From Camelus dromedarius (lineage: Eukaryota), in contig NC_087437.1 in NCBI RefSeq assembly GCF_036321535.1, forward strand, positions 47,184,001 through 47,248,000: a DNA stretch of 64,000 bases, in the 5' to 3' direction. The position numbers were made by a program, and so were the translations under genes. The notes below the pieces were generated by a model, which worked only from the letters and a program-made list of their open reading frames with translations, searched no databases and was not told where the DNA came from. Below are positions 13,922-25,049 of the stretch, one piece after another; the stretch's first letter is position 1, and the number at the start of each line of letters is the position of its first letter.

Positions 13922-14379
13922 AGATCTCATTTTTAAAGACTCTACTCTTCCTCATAACTTCTATTTTCCATCTCTGTATGTTTCCAAATTATGCTTACTT
14001 ACTCATTTTTATTTTCATACCCTTAGCTTCTAAAATGGTATAATTAAGCCATCTGGAGATTTTTATAAGACTTACTAAATAGCTGGGATTTTGCCCCCAG
14101 GTAAAATAAATTACTGAAATCATGTGTAATAACATACACTGGTTTATTCTAAGTATCTCTAAGATTTGTTTGGGGAAAAACATTCAAGATGGAGCTTCTG
14201 GTTTTTACAAACATGACTTTCAGCAAGTCAATGCTATAGAAATCCACACATGGGATACTCTGACATTGACATCGTGAGAGTCAAATTCTTCTCTAAGTAA
14301 AAAAGCAAAGATTTTTCCTTTTCTAAAAAGGGTTTACTTATTCATGAGAAATAGCAGTCTTAATAAGTTGAAGGTAGAA

Positions 14380-14625
14380 ATAAAAATCAGAGTTCTAGCC
14401 AGGTTCATTTATTAAGTAATCGTGCAATCTTGGACAAATCATCTGACATCTCTCTAGTTCTATGGTCTCATTTGTCAAGACAAATGACAACCACACCTAC
14501 CACCAACCACCACTGTGTGCTTCCTATTTACTTCATGGTATTAATTCAGGGTTAAACAAGCAGTTGTGAAACTGCTTTTCTATAATTTTAAGCACAACAG
14601 AAAATGGAAAGCATTATTATTATTA
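14380..14625 (+). mobile_element. MIR SINE (degraded)
   Basis: 'gtgcaatcttggacaaatca...tctcatttgtcaa...cattattattatt'. Confidence 0.55.
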
Positions 14626-15117
14626 GAAGGAAGGAGTTCTGACATTCTCTCATCAGATTTTTACACTTAAACTCCATCATTAATGCAGCTACCTTTTCTG
14701 AGATTTCCAGTTTTTACTGGAACTTCACTGCTAGGGTAAAAATCATGCAGGGTGATCAAGACACTAAAGGCTAAAGTTTTCAAACGTATCACCAATTTCA
14801 AGTCTGGCCTGATCACACTAGCATGCAAATACAGTTGTTGTGTCGATTAGTCTTATTTGATCCACTTCTTCTCCAGTCAAATGAGGAGCATGTTCATTTA
14901 GAGGAGCTCATGGTAGTGGGTGTGAATTAGATGGTCAGAATATTTGGCTATGCTAAATGGTGTGGAAACAATGAACTCTAGTTTTCCCCACTCAGGCAAG
15001 ATATTTGACCCAGCAAGTTATTTGCAGAGTCAGTTATCTCGTCACATAGCTAACACTGAGCTCCAACAACGTGCCAGATACCATGCCGGAAATACAGAGA
15101 TAAAAAGACAAGGTCTC

Positions 15118-15680
15118 TATGTACGTACAAACCATGAAATACAACTCAGCAATTTGGTAAAAACTACTGCAAGCAACAACCTGGATGAATCTCAGGGAAA
15201 TTATGCTGGGTGGAAAAAAAAGCCAATTTCAAAATGATATTTACTATATGATTTTATTAAGTAGCATTCACGAAATAACATAATTACAGAATTGGAGAAC
15301 AGATTAGTGGTTGCTAGGGGTTAGGGATGAGAATAGAAAGGATGGAGTGACTATAAAGAGGTCACATGAGAGAGTCTTGTGATGATGGCACAGTTAAGTG
15401 TCTGACTGGAGTGGTGGTTAGAAAGGCTAAACGTGATAAAATTGTACAGCACTATGTAAAACACACACATATACATATACACAGAGTTCATTATAACTGA
15501 TGGAAGCTGAATGAGCTCTAGGGATTGTACCAGTATGTCAATTTCTTGGTTTTTATATTGTACTCTAGTTGTGTAACATACTCACATTAGGAGAAACTAG
15601 GGGAAGGGAGCACAGAACTTCCCTGTACATTTCTCTGCAACTTCCTGTGAATTTATAATTATTTCAAAATATAAAGTTCA
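15118..15680 (+). mobile_element. L1 3' end (L1MC/L1MD-type), 5'-truncated
   Basis: 'gcaacaacctggatgaatctc', 'ggagaacagattagtggttgctagggg', terminal 'gcaacttcctgtgaatttataattatttcaaaat'; flanked by AAAAAGACAAGGT repeats. Confidence 0.85.
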
Positions 15681-15696
15681 AAAAAGACAAGGTTCC

Positions 15697-15925
15697 CATA
15701 GAATGTACATCAAGAGTGAACTATAGTGTAAACTATGGACTTTGGGTCATTATGATGTGTCAATGTAGGTTCATTTTTTGTAACAAATGTATATTTCAGT
15801 GGGGGATGTTGAAAATGGGAGAGGCTATGCATGTGAAGGGGTAGGGGGCATATGGAAAATCTTTGTACCTTCCTCTCAATTCTACTGTGATCCTAAAACT
15901 GCTCTTAAGTCTTAATTTTAAAAAA
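15697..15925 (+). mobile_element. L1MC1-like 3' end
   Basis: 'atagaatgtacatcaagagtgaac...gtaaactatggactttggg...ggctatgcatgtg...ctgtgatcctaaaactgctct'. Confidence 0.85.
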
Positions 15926-16015
15926 TCCAAAAGAGAATAATATTTTGTGACATGTGAAAATTATAGAATATTTAAATGTTAGAGTCCATAATAAAGATTT
16001 ATTGGGACACATACA
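15921..16015 (-). mobile_element. MER58B-like internal fragment (hAT-Charlie)
   Basis: 'aaaagagaataatattttgtgacatgtgaaaattata...gtccataataaagatttattgggacac' matches recalled MER58B interior; no TIRs. Confidence 0.7.
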
Positions 16016-17094
16016 CACACAGACAAGGTCCCTCCTCTCCAGGAGCTACAAGTGAGGTCTCCTTGATCTTCCTAGCTTGTAGGAACCAAAAAGTTCCACT
16101 AATGGAAAAGCCTCAAATTTCAGTCCATCCAGCCTGACTCTCTCAGGGTCTTACCCTGTTATTTCTGAGAACCTTCAAGGATTCCTCATATGTGCTCCTT
16201 CCTCTTCCTTAATCTCCGCTGCTTACCAAGTCACCACTGCCTAGTTCACAGATCTGTCCGTGAAAATGCTAAGTCTTTTTTGAATACCATCATCCCTGAA
16301 AATCTCAGACTCTGTTCATAGAGCTACTACAGGAACAGTCAACTGTCTTCTCCATTCCCCTTCACACTCCACACCTTTAGACATCCAAACAATAAGCCAC
16401 ATTCCCCAGTATAACCAGCATGTGAAATATATCCCTAAGGGTCCCGCAATTCCGCCATTTCACCTCCAGTATCTGGTTGTCAATTCTTTAGGGTCTGATA
16501 GGAATGAAAATGCCCAAGGCGAAAATAAAGTACTTAATCAAAGTACTTAATCAGGGAAGACATCCAAGAAGGTAGTGCTTGACTGACACTTTAAGGTAAA
16601 GGAGAAACTCTCCTGGGAAAAAGGAGGTAAGAGAGAATTCCAGGCTAAAGGAACCTATATGCAAAGACACTAAGAAAGCACAGTGTGGCCAAGAAAGAGA
16701 AGTGGTACATTATTGGAATACTGATGTTGGAGGAGGGGCAGGTGGCAGAGATGAGGACAGGAAACCAGTTCTGATGATTTCCCAGGGGCATCTCCCCCAT
16801 GTTGCCATGTGACTGAGGAGCATACTCAGACACAAGTACACCTGTACCGCTGTGCTATGTAACACCTAGAGCTGAGATTCACCCTAGAACTCAACCAGCC
16901 CGACCTGGCAGGCTAACCTCAGCATGAGTGTGGCAGTGAGATGACTGAGGCTAAGGAGGGGCTGCTTTTGCTTCAGTCACTCACAGGCTGTCGAGCTAAA
17001 TGAGTGTTGCATCATCAGCATTTCCTCTCGGCTTTATGTCAGGTTCCGCTGTAGACCCACCCTTCCTTTTGCACCCTATCCAAAGCTGTGAGGC

Positions 17095-17272
17095 AGAGCG
17101 TGGTGTTATAGAGGCACTGGACTCACAACACATGATCTCAGTATGAATCGAAGTTCTACATCCCTTTCAAGCTGTGAGCACTTAGCAAGTTCACTTTACT
17201 GTGCTTTGGTTTACCCACCTGTAAAATGGGGGTAAGTTCCTACCACACAGAACTCTAATTAAATTAAATGAA
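17095..17272 (+). mobile_element. MIR SINE
   Basis: 'agctgtgagcacttagcaagttcactt...ccacctgtaaaatgggg...attaaatga'. Confidence 0.75.
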
Positions 17273-17399
17273 GAAGCCTTTCCCAGGCCTTCACCCCTAT
17301 GAGATATGTTCTTGTTTTTTATAATTTTGCTTTTCTTTTTCTAATGGTAGTTCCCCTCCTTTATCCAAGATCTAAGAAGTGTCATCTCATTTCCATTCA

Positions 17400-17812
17400 T
17401 ATTTGAAAGTCTACTAAAGCAAACCCCTAAGGTGACAATTCTAGTGCCAGTCATTTTTGGGGGGGTAGAAAGAAACAACAGTGGGGAGGAAGTTAATTAA
17501 GACTGGGAAGGAAAGGCAGCCAGGGAAGGGGTGATATCAAACCAGCTACTTCTTCAGGTCATTGAAGTAGACTTGCACCAGGAAAACCTTAGAAGCCAGT
17601 GTAGAAGGATACTTCAAAGGAAGCAGGAATTTTTTATCCAGTCACTGGTTATGGGTGCTCCTGGTGGAGTAAAATGTCACTTCTTAATGGATCTTCTGTC
17701 CTGCTAAGCAGGCCTGAGAAAGCCCGAAGGCAAAACACATACTTGCTCATGGCAAGCAGATGGAAATTGTGCACTGAGATGGTAAGGGAGGGGATCAGGG
17801 TGAAGCACCGAG
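17400..17812 (-). mobile_element. LTR33-like ERVL solo LTR
   Basis: 'gggaaggaaaggcagcca', 'gccagtgtagaa', 'cagtcactggttatgggtgctcc', 'ctgagaaagccc' resemble recalled LTR33. Confidence 0.65.
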
Positions 17813-19299
17813 AATAAAAGGCAATTAATAATTCTTAGCGTGTACATTTACCTTCCAACACAAGAAAAAGTGTTAGGTATTTAACAATTTTAACAGCAGA
17901 ATTTGTGGCACCACTTTTGGTGGGGAAGACAGATGTTTTACAGGGTCCTCCTGGAAGTACATAATGAGGGCACATATTTTTTCCAGTAGGAGTAAGGCAG
18001 GCCTCCATCTGTGGCATCCATCTGCATGCGTTAACCTGCATCCAAAGTTATCATCACTTTCGAAAGAGAGTTTGTGATATGAACACAAGGAAATGTGGTT
18101 TGTATCACAAAAGGTGACAGTGTCCAAAGAAGTGGGTCTGGGAATATTTGTTTCCTTAGGGTATCTATCTCCCTGCCTAGATGACAGTCCTGGAGAGATA
18201 GTTTCAAGATCACAGGGAAAGCAAATCGCTATAGGGCAGAGCCCAAGGCACATTACCACCTGAGCTGCACTGCAAGGCTCTGGAAACAGACAAGGATCTG
18301 GCAATAGCTCAATATCTGTGACACAGGTTGTAATGAATAATCAGGCACATTAATTTGTTTCCTCCAAATTAGAAAGCTTGGTTTAACTCCTGGCTTCATT
18401 TTGGTCCAGACATCATAATTTAGCTACACAGGCCAGAAAAGAGTAGGCTGAATCTCTGAGGGGCAGATGGCATCTGTTCCCCTGACTTACAGGGGCATAA
18501 AAAGGAAACAGTTAGGGGATGGTGGGGTGTACCCTGCAGAAAAATGACATTCACTTTCAAGAAGTCAGGATCTGCTCTTTGAGGGGTGCTGAAGCATCTC
18601 CTTGAGACCAGCAGATCTGAGCACTAGTCTGCAGGAGAAAGGGTGGTGAAATGCTCTCTGACATCAATCTCCCAAACCACAACTCTGGAGAGTAAGCTAA
18701 TAATGTGTCAGGCTGTTAATGAACTTGGTCTGGCCATAGTGACAGAGTTCATTAGACAACATTTATCCTCCACTCAAGAAGGAGAAAAATGACTTCAATA
18801 AAAACTACACCAGCTCCACAGATACATAATCTTTATTAAAAAGGCATTTTCAGTAGTAATATTCATTACATTTTTACATAATTAATCTGGGTCCACCTCT
18901 CCCTATACTATATTATAGTTGGACAAATGCTAGTAAGCTTTAAGGAAAACAAATATGATCTTACAGCTATACTGTAATTGAAAAAAGATGTAATAAAGAA
19001 GACAACTATAAACTCTGTTTATATTTTGATTCTGCTGGGTCAATTTATAATCTAACCAGATCAAAGTCAAGGTCCAGCCTGCCTTCTGATGAATCATCCT
19101 GGGTTGCATGTATACTGATGCCTGTGGAAGAATAAGCTAAAAGGAGAAGATTCCTCTCAGGAAGCTGAAGTTTGTTACTTGTGTGCTTCTTCTATCTTTC
19201 CCTTTTTATATTCTGGAAATACACTCGAAGCAAAATTTGGAGACTAAAATGAATGAGAAAAAAAAGTGCATCAGGATCTGGCAATGTCTTATGGATGCC

Positions 19300-19490
19300 A
19301 AACACCTGAGTTAAAAATCCTAGTGCCACCACTTTTAAGCATAGAAAAGTTATTCAAACTCTCTGAACCCAAGTTTCATCATGTATGAAACATGAACTAG
19401 AAACCCTACATGAGAGTGTTTTGAGAATTAAATGAAATCTATGTTATTCATCTACAACATGCTAAGTGCTTAAAGACAGTTCGTGTTGTT
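19300..19490 (+). mobile_element. MIR SINE
   Basis: 'cctgagttaaaaatcctagtgccaccactt...ctctctgaaccc...gagaattaaatga'. Confidence 0.75.
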
Positions 19491-19619
19491 TTGGATAATC
19501 AAGTCTGTTTTATTTATTCGATAAAGCTTAACTGAACGTCTAGCATGAGTCAGATGTTAAGTTTTAGGTTCTGGGGATATAGAAATAAACAGTGTGGATG
19601 TGATCCTGACTGCTCTTGT

Positions 19620-20205
19620 GGTCTTGTTCAAGACATTCTTCCCCATCTAAAAATTACAGATATTCTCAAACATTGCCTTCTATTACTTTTACATTTTTAT
19701 TATTCTCATTTAAAATTTATTTCAATTGGAGGTGCTTTACATATGATGAGAGGTAGGAATCCAACTTTTTTTTATTATAATGAGCCAATTCTCCCAACAC
19801 CATCTAAAAATCTATGAAATAATCTGTGAGATTAGTTAGACAATTTCCCCTTTTATTCTATTTCCTAAAAACATTTCCATAAGATAGAAACTACCTATTT
19901 TTTTGTAAATTTGGTTCTCATCTGTGAAATATGCTAAACCTAGAGGCTTCAGGTTATAGATCTAAGCAAGTCTCTTTCTTCTTAGGCCAATTTCAGCATT
20001 TCATACCTTTCCAGAAATGCATCTATTTCCTTTCATTCAAGCTTACTGCCATGCAATGATTCACTATATTCTTTTTATTTATTTTTTATTTATTTTTTGT
20101 TGTGACAATTTTCCTTATTTCATATTGGACTTTAAATATTTTCATCTTTCTAAAAAATGAGTCTTTCCATAAGTTGATATTTCTTGTTTGTCTTTTCAAA
20201 GGTCT
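19620..20205 (-). mobile_element. Old L1 (L1ME-type) ORF2 fragments, antisense
   Basis: 'atgatgagaggtaggaatccaacttt...ccaattctcccaacaccatc', 'tttgtcttttcaaag'. Confidence 0.6.
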
Positions 20206-20229
20206 TATTGATGTACACTTATAAAACAC

Positions 20230-20510
20230 TTTAAACTTAAGGTCAGTAAAAGCATCTCATGTCAACATATGAGGAACACAGCTAAAATATTTATAGGAAA
20301 ATTTATAGTTTTGAATATATTTATCACAAAATAAGAAGAACCAGAAATTTGAACTGAACACTCAACTCAAAGGAACAATAGAACAAACCCAAAGAAATAA
20401 AGAGGAAAGAAACAATAAAATTAATGACAAAAATCAATGGGATATAGAAAATTAACACAAAATAGCAAAATAGCCAAAATTAACAATTTATACTTTTAAA
20501 AATGCTTTTA
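20230..20510 (+). mobile_element. Old L1 ORF2 fragment, sense (post-endonuclease region)
   Basis: 'cagctaaaa...ggaaaatttatag', 'actcaactcaaag...aacaaacccaaagaaa...aataaaa...aaatcaatg'. Confidence 0.7.
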
Positions 20511-20744
20511 CATAAATGATATCTCTTGGGGAATGACTTTACACTGTAGACCAGCACTTGGATTTAAAAAAAAAAAAAAAGCTCGAATTTTTGTTATTTG
20601 CTTTCATTGTTTTTAAAATGTTTTTTTAAATTTTGTTGAGGAAAACCACAGAGGCGAAGATATTTCAATCAGCAAAAGGTAAAGTGGACCTTTATTACTG
20701 TTCTGATTGAAAGATGATATAGGACACTTGTCTAAAACGGTGGG

Positions 20745-20945
20745 CTCCATGTTCAGCCTGAAAAGGTTCGATGTTTGGCTTTGCCACCTCTTTGCTGTGT
20801 AATCTCAGGCTCTCTAAGTCTCAGTCTCCTCATTTACAGCATGAGGAGATAATGGCTTCTACCTCAGAAAGCAGTCAAAGGAATTAAATGAGATAAAATA
20901 AAGCAGTATATAATGTGCTTAGCATTATGTTCAGTAAATGTTAGC
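20745..20945 (+). mobile_element. MIR SINE
   Basis: 'tctctaagtctcagtctcctcatttac...ctacctca...attaaatgagataa...tcagtaaatgttagct'. Confidence 0.8.
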
Positions 20946-22449
20946 TCTCTCTGTGTGTGGGTCTTAGTAAACTGTGTTATATTTAAATACCCCCTTTGAT
21001 GAAAAAGAAAATCTTGGACAAACTAAGAATGTATGCTTGAGTATTAATTTTAATTCTCTCATAAATGTGATAGCACTGTGTAAATAATAATAGACCTAAA
21101 TCCAGTCTTCAAGTGGTGTAGGGCAGCTTCAAACCACAGGTGAGGAATTCAGTGACAAAGAGCTGATGCAGAATGATCTCTAAGTCTCATTCACAAGAAG
21201 ACAGTGGAATGAGAAATAACATACTACAGCTCTAGCCCATATGGAGTGCTGAGAAATTCCAAGAGAAAGCTTTTTAGAGTAACTGGGAAAGAACTATGAG
21301 AACAGTAGAGACCCTCCCTTGTTGATTTCCCTTTGAGCTTCTTCAGCCTTTTCTACAGAGTAGTCTCAGGGAAAGACAGAATGAGAAAGGGAGAAAATGT
21401 GGGAAGCGAGACAGTCCCACAGAAGTGGTGATAGTGCTGTTGATACTGGGCCAAGGAGTGAGGTTTCCAGAAAGGTAGGGAGGGCCTAGGCTCTGGGCTC
21501 CAGGCAGGAGCAGCTAAGAATACCTTGTTGGGCCCTCAGTCCCAGGAAGCACACTTCTGAAGCAGATACCTGGGTCCTCTGAGACTTTCCCCAGAGCCCC
21601 ACGCTGTAAAGTTATTTTTGTAAAGCACGTTCACGGAAACTTCTCAGACTTCTTGAATTTCACAACTTGCCATCAGAATTCACTCTCTGCACAGGGAAGA
21701 CAGGAGGTCTGCATCCCAGCAGCTGCCAGTCTCCTTTAACACGAGATGGAACAGTAATGAAACCAAGTGGGATTGGCACATTGTCTACATAGGAGACCCA
21801 CAAAAGGCGTATTGTTATCTTTTTGAATATGGCATCAACTGTCTCATATTCAGACATGCAGATATACTTAAAATGTGATAAAAGCAGGCGTACGTGTAAA
21901 CATGACCTAGAAAGTGCCAACTAAGACTTCAGTTATATTACATTAATACAAATGGGAATCTCTGTAAAATTTCTTCTGAGATAATTTCATGGTGTACTAA
22001 ATGTGAATGAAACTATTTCTGACAACTAAACTCCAGCAGGAATGGAAGGTAGGAGTTTCAGAAATGATTCTCTAGGAACAGGCAAGTTCTTTTCTTTAGT
22101 ATGTTAATAAGCATTAATGCTAATAAATGCTGAATTGAAATGATATTCCTACAGAGTGGAAATTATCACCTGAGAATTCATCTGAATAATGGTATTATAG
22201 CATATGTCAGGAAGGTGTTAATCAGCCTAATAAAAAAGGTGGCAAGGTGTTCTCACAACCATCTCAAGGAATGCTGTACTCATCTCAGCCCATATTCTAA
22301 GTCTCAAGTGTGAAGTTTAAATAGCACATATCAAAATGATCAAAACATGCCTTCCTTGAAGTAGCAGAGACAAGAAGCAGGTGCAGCTGAAGGGAAAAAA
22401 GGAACCTAGTAAAACCCAAATGCAGGCTGGACCTCTCATAGTTCGCCTT

Positions 22450-22650
22450 GGCTGAGTATCTACTATGTGCTGGCGCTCTGCTTGCCTGCCAGCTGCTCTG
22501 TGTCTCTCTGTACCTCAGCTGTCACTACATCCCTGCAAAATGCAAAAACTAAGGTTCACATGGTGGAAGCAATTTGCCTAAGGCCACACAGCCAGGACAT
22601 GGCAAGGCACTTACTAATTCCAGATCCCATATACTTTCCATACTGTTATG
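22450..22650 (-). mobile_element. MIR SINE (degraded)
   Basis: 'ctgagtatctactatgtgctggc...aaactaaggttcac...aatttgcctaaggccacacagc'. Confidence 0.7.
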
Positions 22651-22869
22651 CTACCCAAAAAAGGGCTCAGCTCAAACACGGTCTCTGAGCTCATTTGTCC
22701 AGGCTCCCAGGGATCACACCTACTCGCTCTGCATCCTTTATGAAACAGCATAAGCATTGTTTTAGTTGCTCAGTCACTCCAGCTTGGATTTAAAGTCTCT
22801 TGCTCTCAGCCTAGGGCTTAATGCTTGGCTGTGGAGTGACCTGGAGAGAAACCCCTCCTCTGCCCCTAT

Positions 22870-23000
22870 GTGACATTGGTCAAGATATATCATTTCTCTA
22901 AGCCTTGGGTTTTCACCATAAACTGGGGATAGCTACACCCACTTCATAGGAGTCCATTTTTAAATGAGGTAAGTTAGCACACAGCAAACTTTCCAGCAAT
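22870..23000 (+). mobile_element. MIR SINE fragment
   Basis: 'tgtgacattggtcaag...tctctaagcc...ataaactggggata...cacttcatagg'. Confidence 0.65.
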
Positions 23001-24489
23001 GCATGAAGGCTGCCATCATGATGGTGGCCTGTCGTCAGCTATGCTTTTGCTCATAATTAACACTTTGTTCCACACTTTCCCAAGTTTCTGACCTTGGCCT
23101 GGCTCCATTTTACCATTACTTCCATCTTGGAACTGGTAATTTAGAACCCAATAATACATGGAAAGAGTCCAGGAAAGAGAAATAAGGAAAGCAAGAGAAG
23201 AAAAATGAAAGGCTGGGAGTAAAAACAGCTATTATTGGCTCCAAAACTTAAGATCTTGTCAAAAAGATGCCATTTCCCAGCCCATTTCTCAAACTTCCGA
23301 AGTGTGTACTTTAAGAAACAGGTTTTCCTCACGACACCAAAGGTCCAGTAAGCTGCTAGTCTTTTCAGCACTGAGGAGTTCAGTCAAAGCCATCTGTTCA
23401 TGAGTCATAAACTGACCTTTATTATTGAATCAGGGCAAAATTATCCCTTCCTTGTAGCCTTCTCCCCTTTTTTCTGGTACCCAACTAGAAAACCTATCTT
23501 ACCAATTACTCTACGAAGACTTTTCTAGGTCCTGTGCAGATCCCTTTCTCCCATTGTTTCCCTTTTCTCTGAACATCTATGTTACCTTCTCCAGCAATGG
23601 TTTAAAAGCTGAATTTCTCCACTGGTTAATTGACATATGGTTGGTTGCCTCCCAATCTAGATGGAATATATGCCAGGCAATGGAAAGAAAGCCCAGGGGG
23701 TCATGCCTTCTGCTTTTGTTACTTTACTCCAAGCCTCCTATAGCTACACGTGCAGTGTACATAACATATTACTCAGTAAATGATGCTCAAAATAACAATA
23801 AACTTAAAGGACTTCTCAGACAACTATACCAAAGGCTTATGATATGTCCAGAATGTTATCTCCCCAAATTAGGATACCCTCACTAAGTCTGGCATGCACT
23901 GTGCTGAGTGAACAGAAATTATGCTTGGCAGATAGCTCCCACCCCATCAGACCATTGTGAACCCCAAGTTACTTCTTCAGGCAGATGCTTGAGCTCAGGC
24001 CTCAACAAAAATCCAATAGTGAAATGAAGGACATTCAAAAGTCATACATTTCCTTCTGGTCCCTCTTCCTGCTAAAGGAGCTTTGCAAAGCAATGAGCTA
24101 AGAGTGTTTTTAACATTTCAAATAGCAAAGTCAGTTCATCCGTGAAGCACTCACTCTGGAATTCTATTCATGTTTCCAGAATGGAGGCCAGATCCAGTGT
24201 GACAACTGCCAGGTGAAAATCACAGAAGCATAATATTACGCAATTTGATTTCAAGGCAGAAAGTTCTAAATCTTCAGGTTGCCAGCCAAATAAAACAGCT
24301 GTGAAGAACAAACCCACATTTACATATGGAGACCCCTCATCTTTAAATACCTGGATGAATGTTATGAACTCTGAAAGTTAAAGCTCTCGACGTGCTCCTA
24401 AAAACTATCATTCTTAAAAGTTTAAATTTCTCTAAGTAGAAGTATTGGTCATTTGATGTTAATTTCATAGAACCTCAAAATGTTGGATC

Positions 24490-24660
24490 TGAGATATCCA
24501 TGAGATATTATTTGGTGAAACTCCCTTTGTTTGTAGTAAAGAAATTGAAACTTAGAGGAGCACATAATTTGTCCAAGCTCACCCAGTTAGCTAATATCAC
24601 AGCCAAGATGCAATCCCAAGTTGATCAGTCTGTGTGTTCCATAGCTCAGCTGATCTGCAC
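24490..24660 (-). mobile_element. MIR SINE fragment
   Basis: 'gaaattgaaacttagagg...aatttgtccaagctcacccagttag'. Confidence 0.65.
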
Positions 24661-25049
24661 ACTCAGATCCATAATGGAAACCATATGTGTTTTGTGAACA
24701 AGCTACTCAACTTCTCTTGGATTGAGTAGTTCCCATTGTGTAGGGAAGTTATGTTAATTAAATGACACAGTGGAAGTAGCACACGGACTATCATAGGACT
24801 TTATAAATAGTTGTTGCTATCATCATTATCATTACAGTTATTACCCAACCTACAATTTAAGCCTCACACAATTTCCTGTCATGAGTGAGCCTGGTTGTAT
24901 TTTTAGGAGACCCCTTCTGAGCAGTGAATGGAGCCTGAAACTGACATCCCCACAATTAGCTAGGGTTCCAACAGACCTTGCTCTAGCTGCTTTTCAAAGC
25001 TGCAGCCTTCCCATCCTGCCTCATGGCCATGAGAAAGAGTATAGGTTCC

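Larger units (their letters stand above)
15045..16060 (-). mobile_element. L2 3' fragment split by nested insertions (halves ~15045-15117 and ~16021-16060)
   Basis: 'actgagctccaacaacgtgccaga...aatacagagataaaaagacaaggtc' continues as 'agacaaggtccctcctctccaggagct'. Confidence 0.7.
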
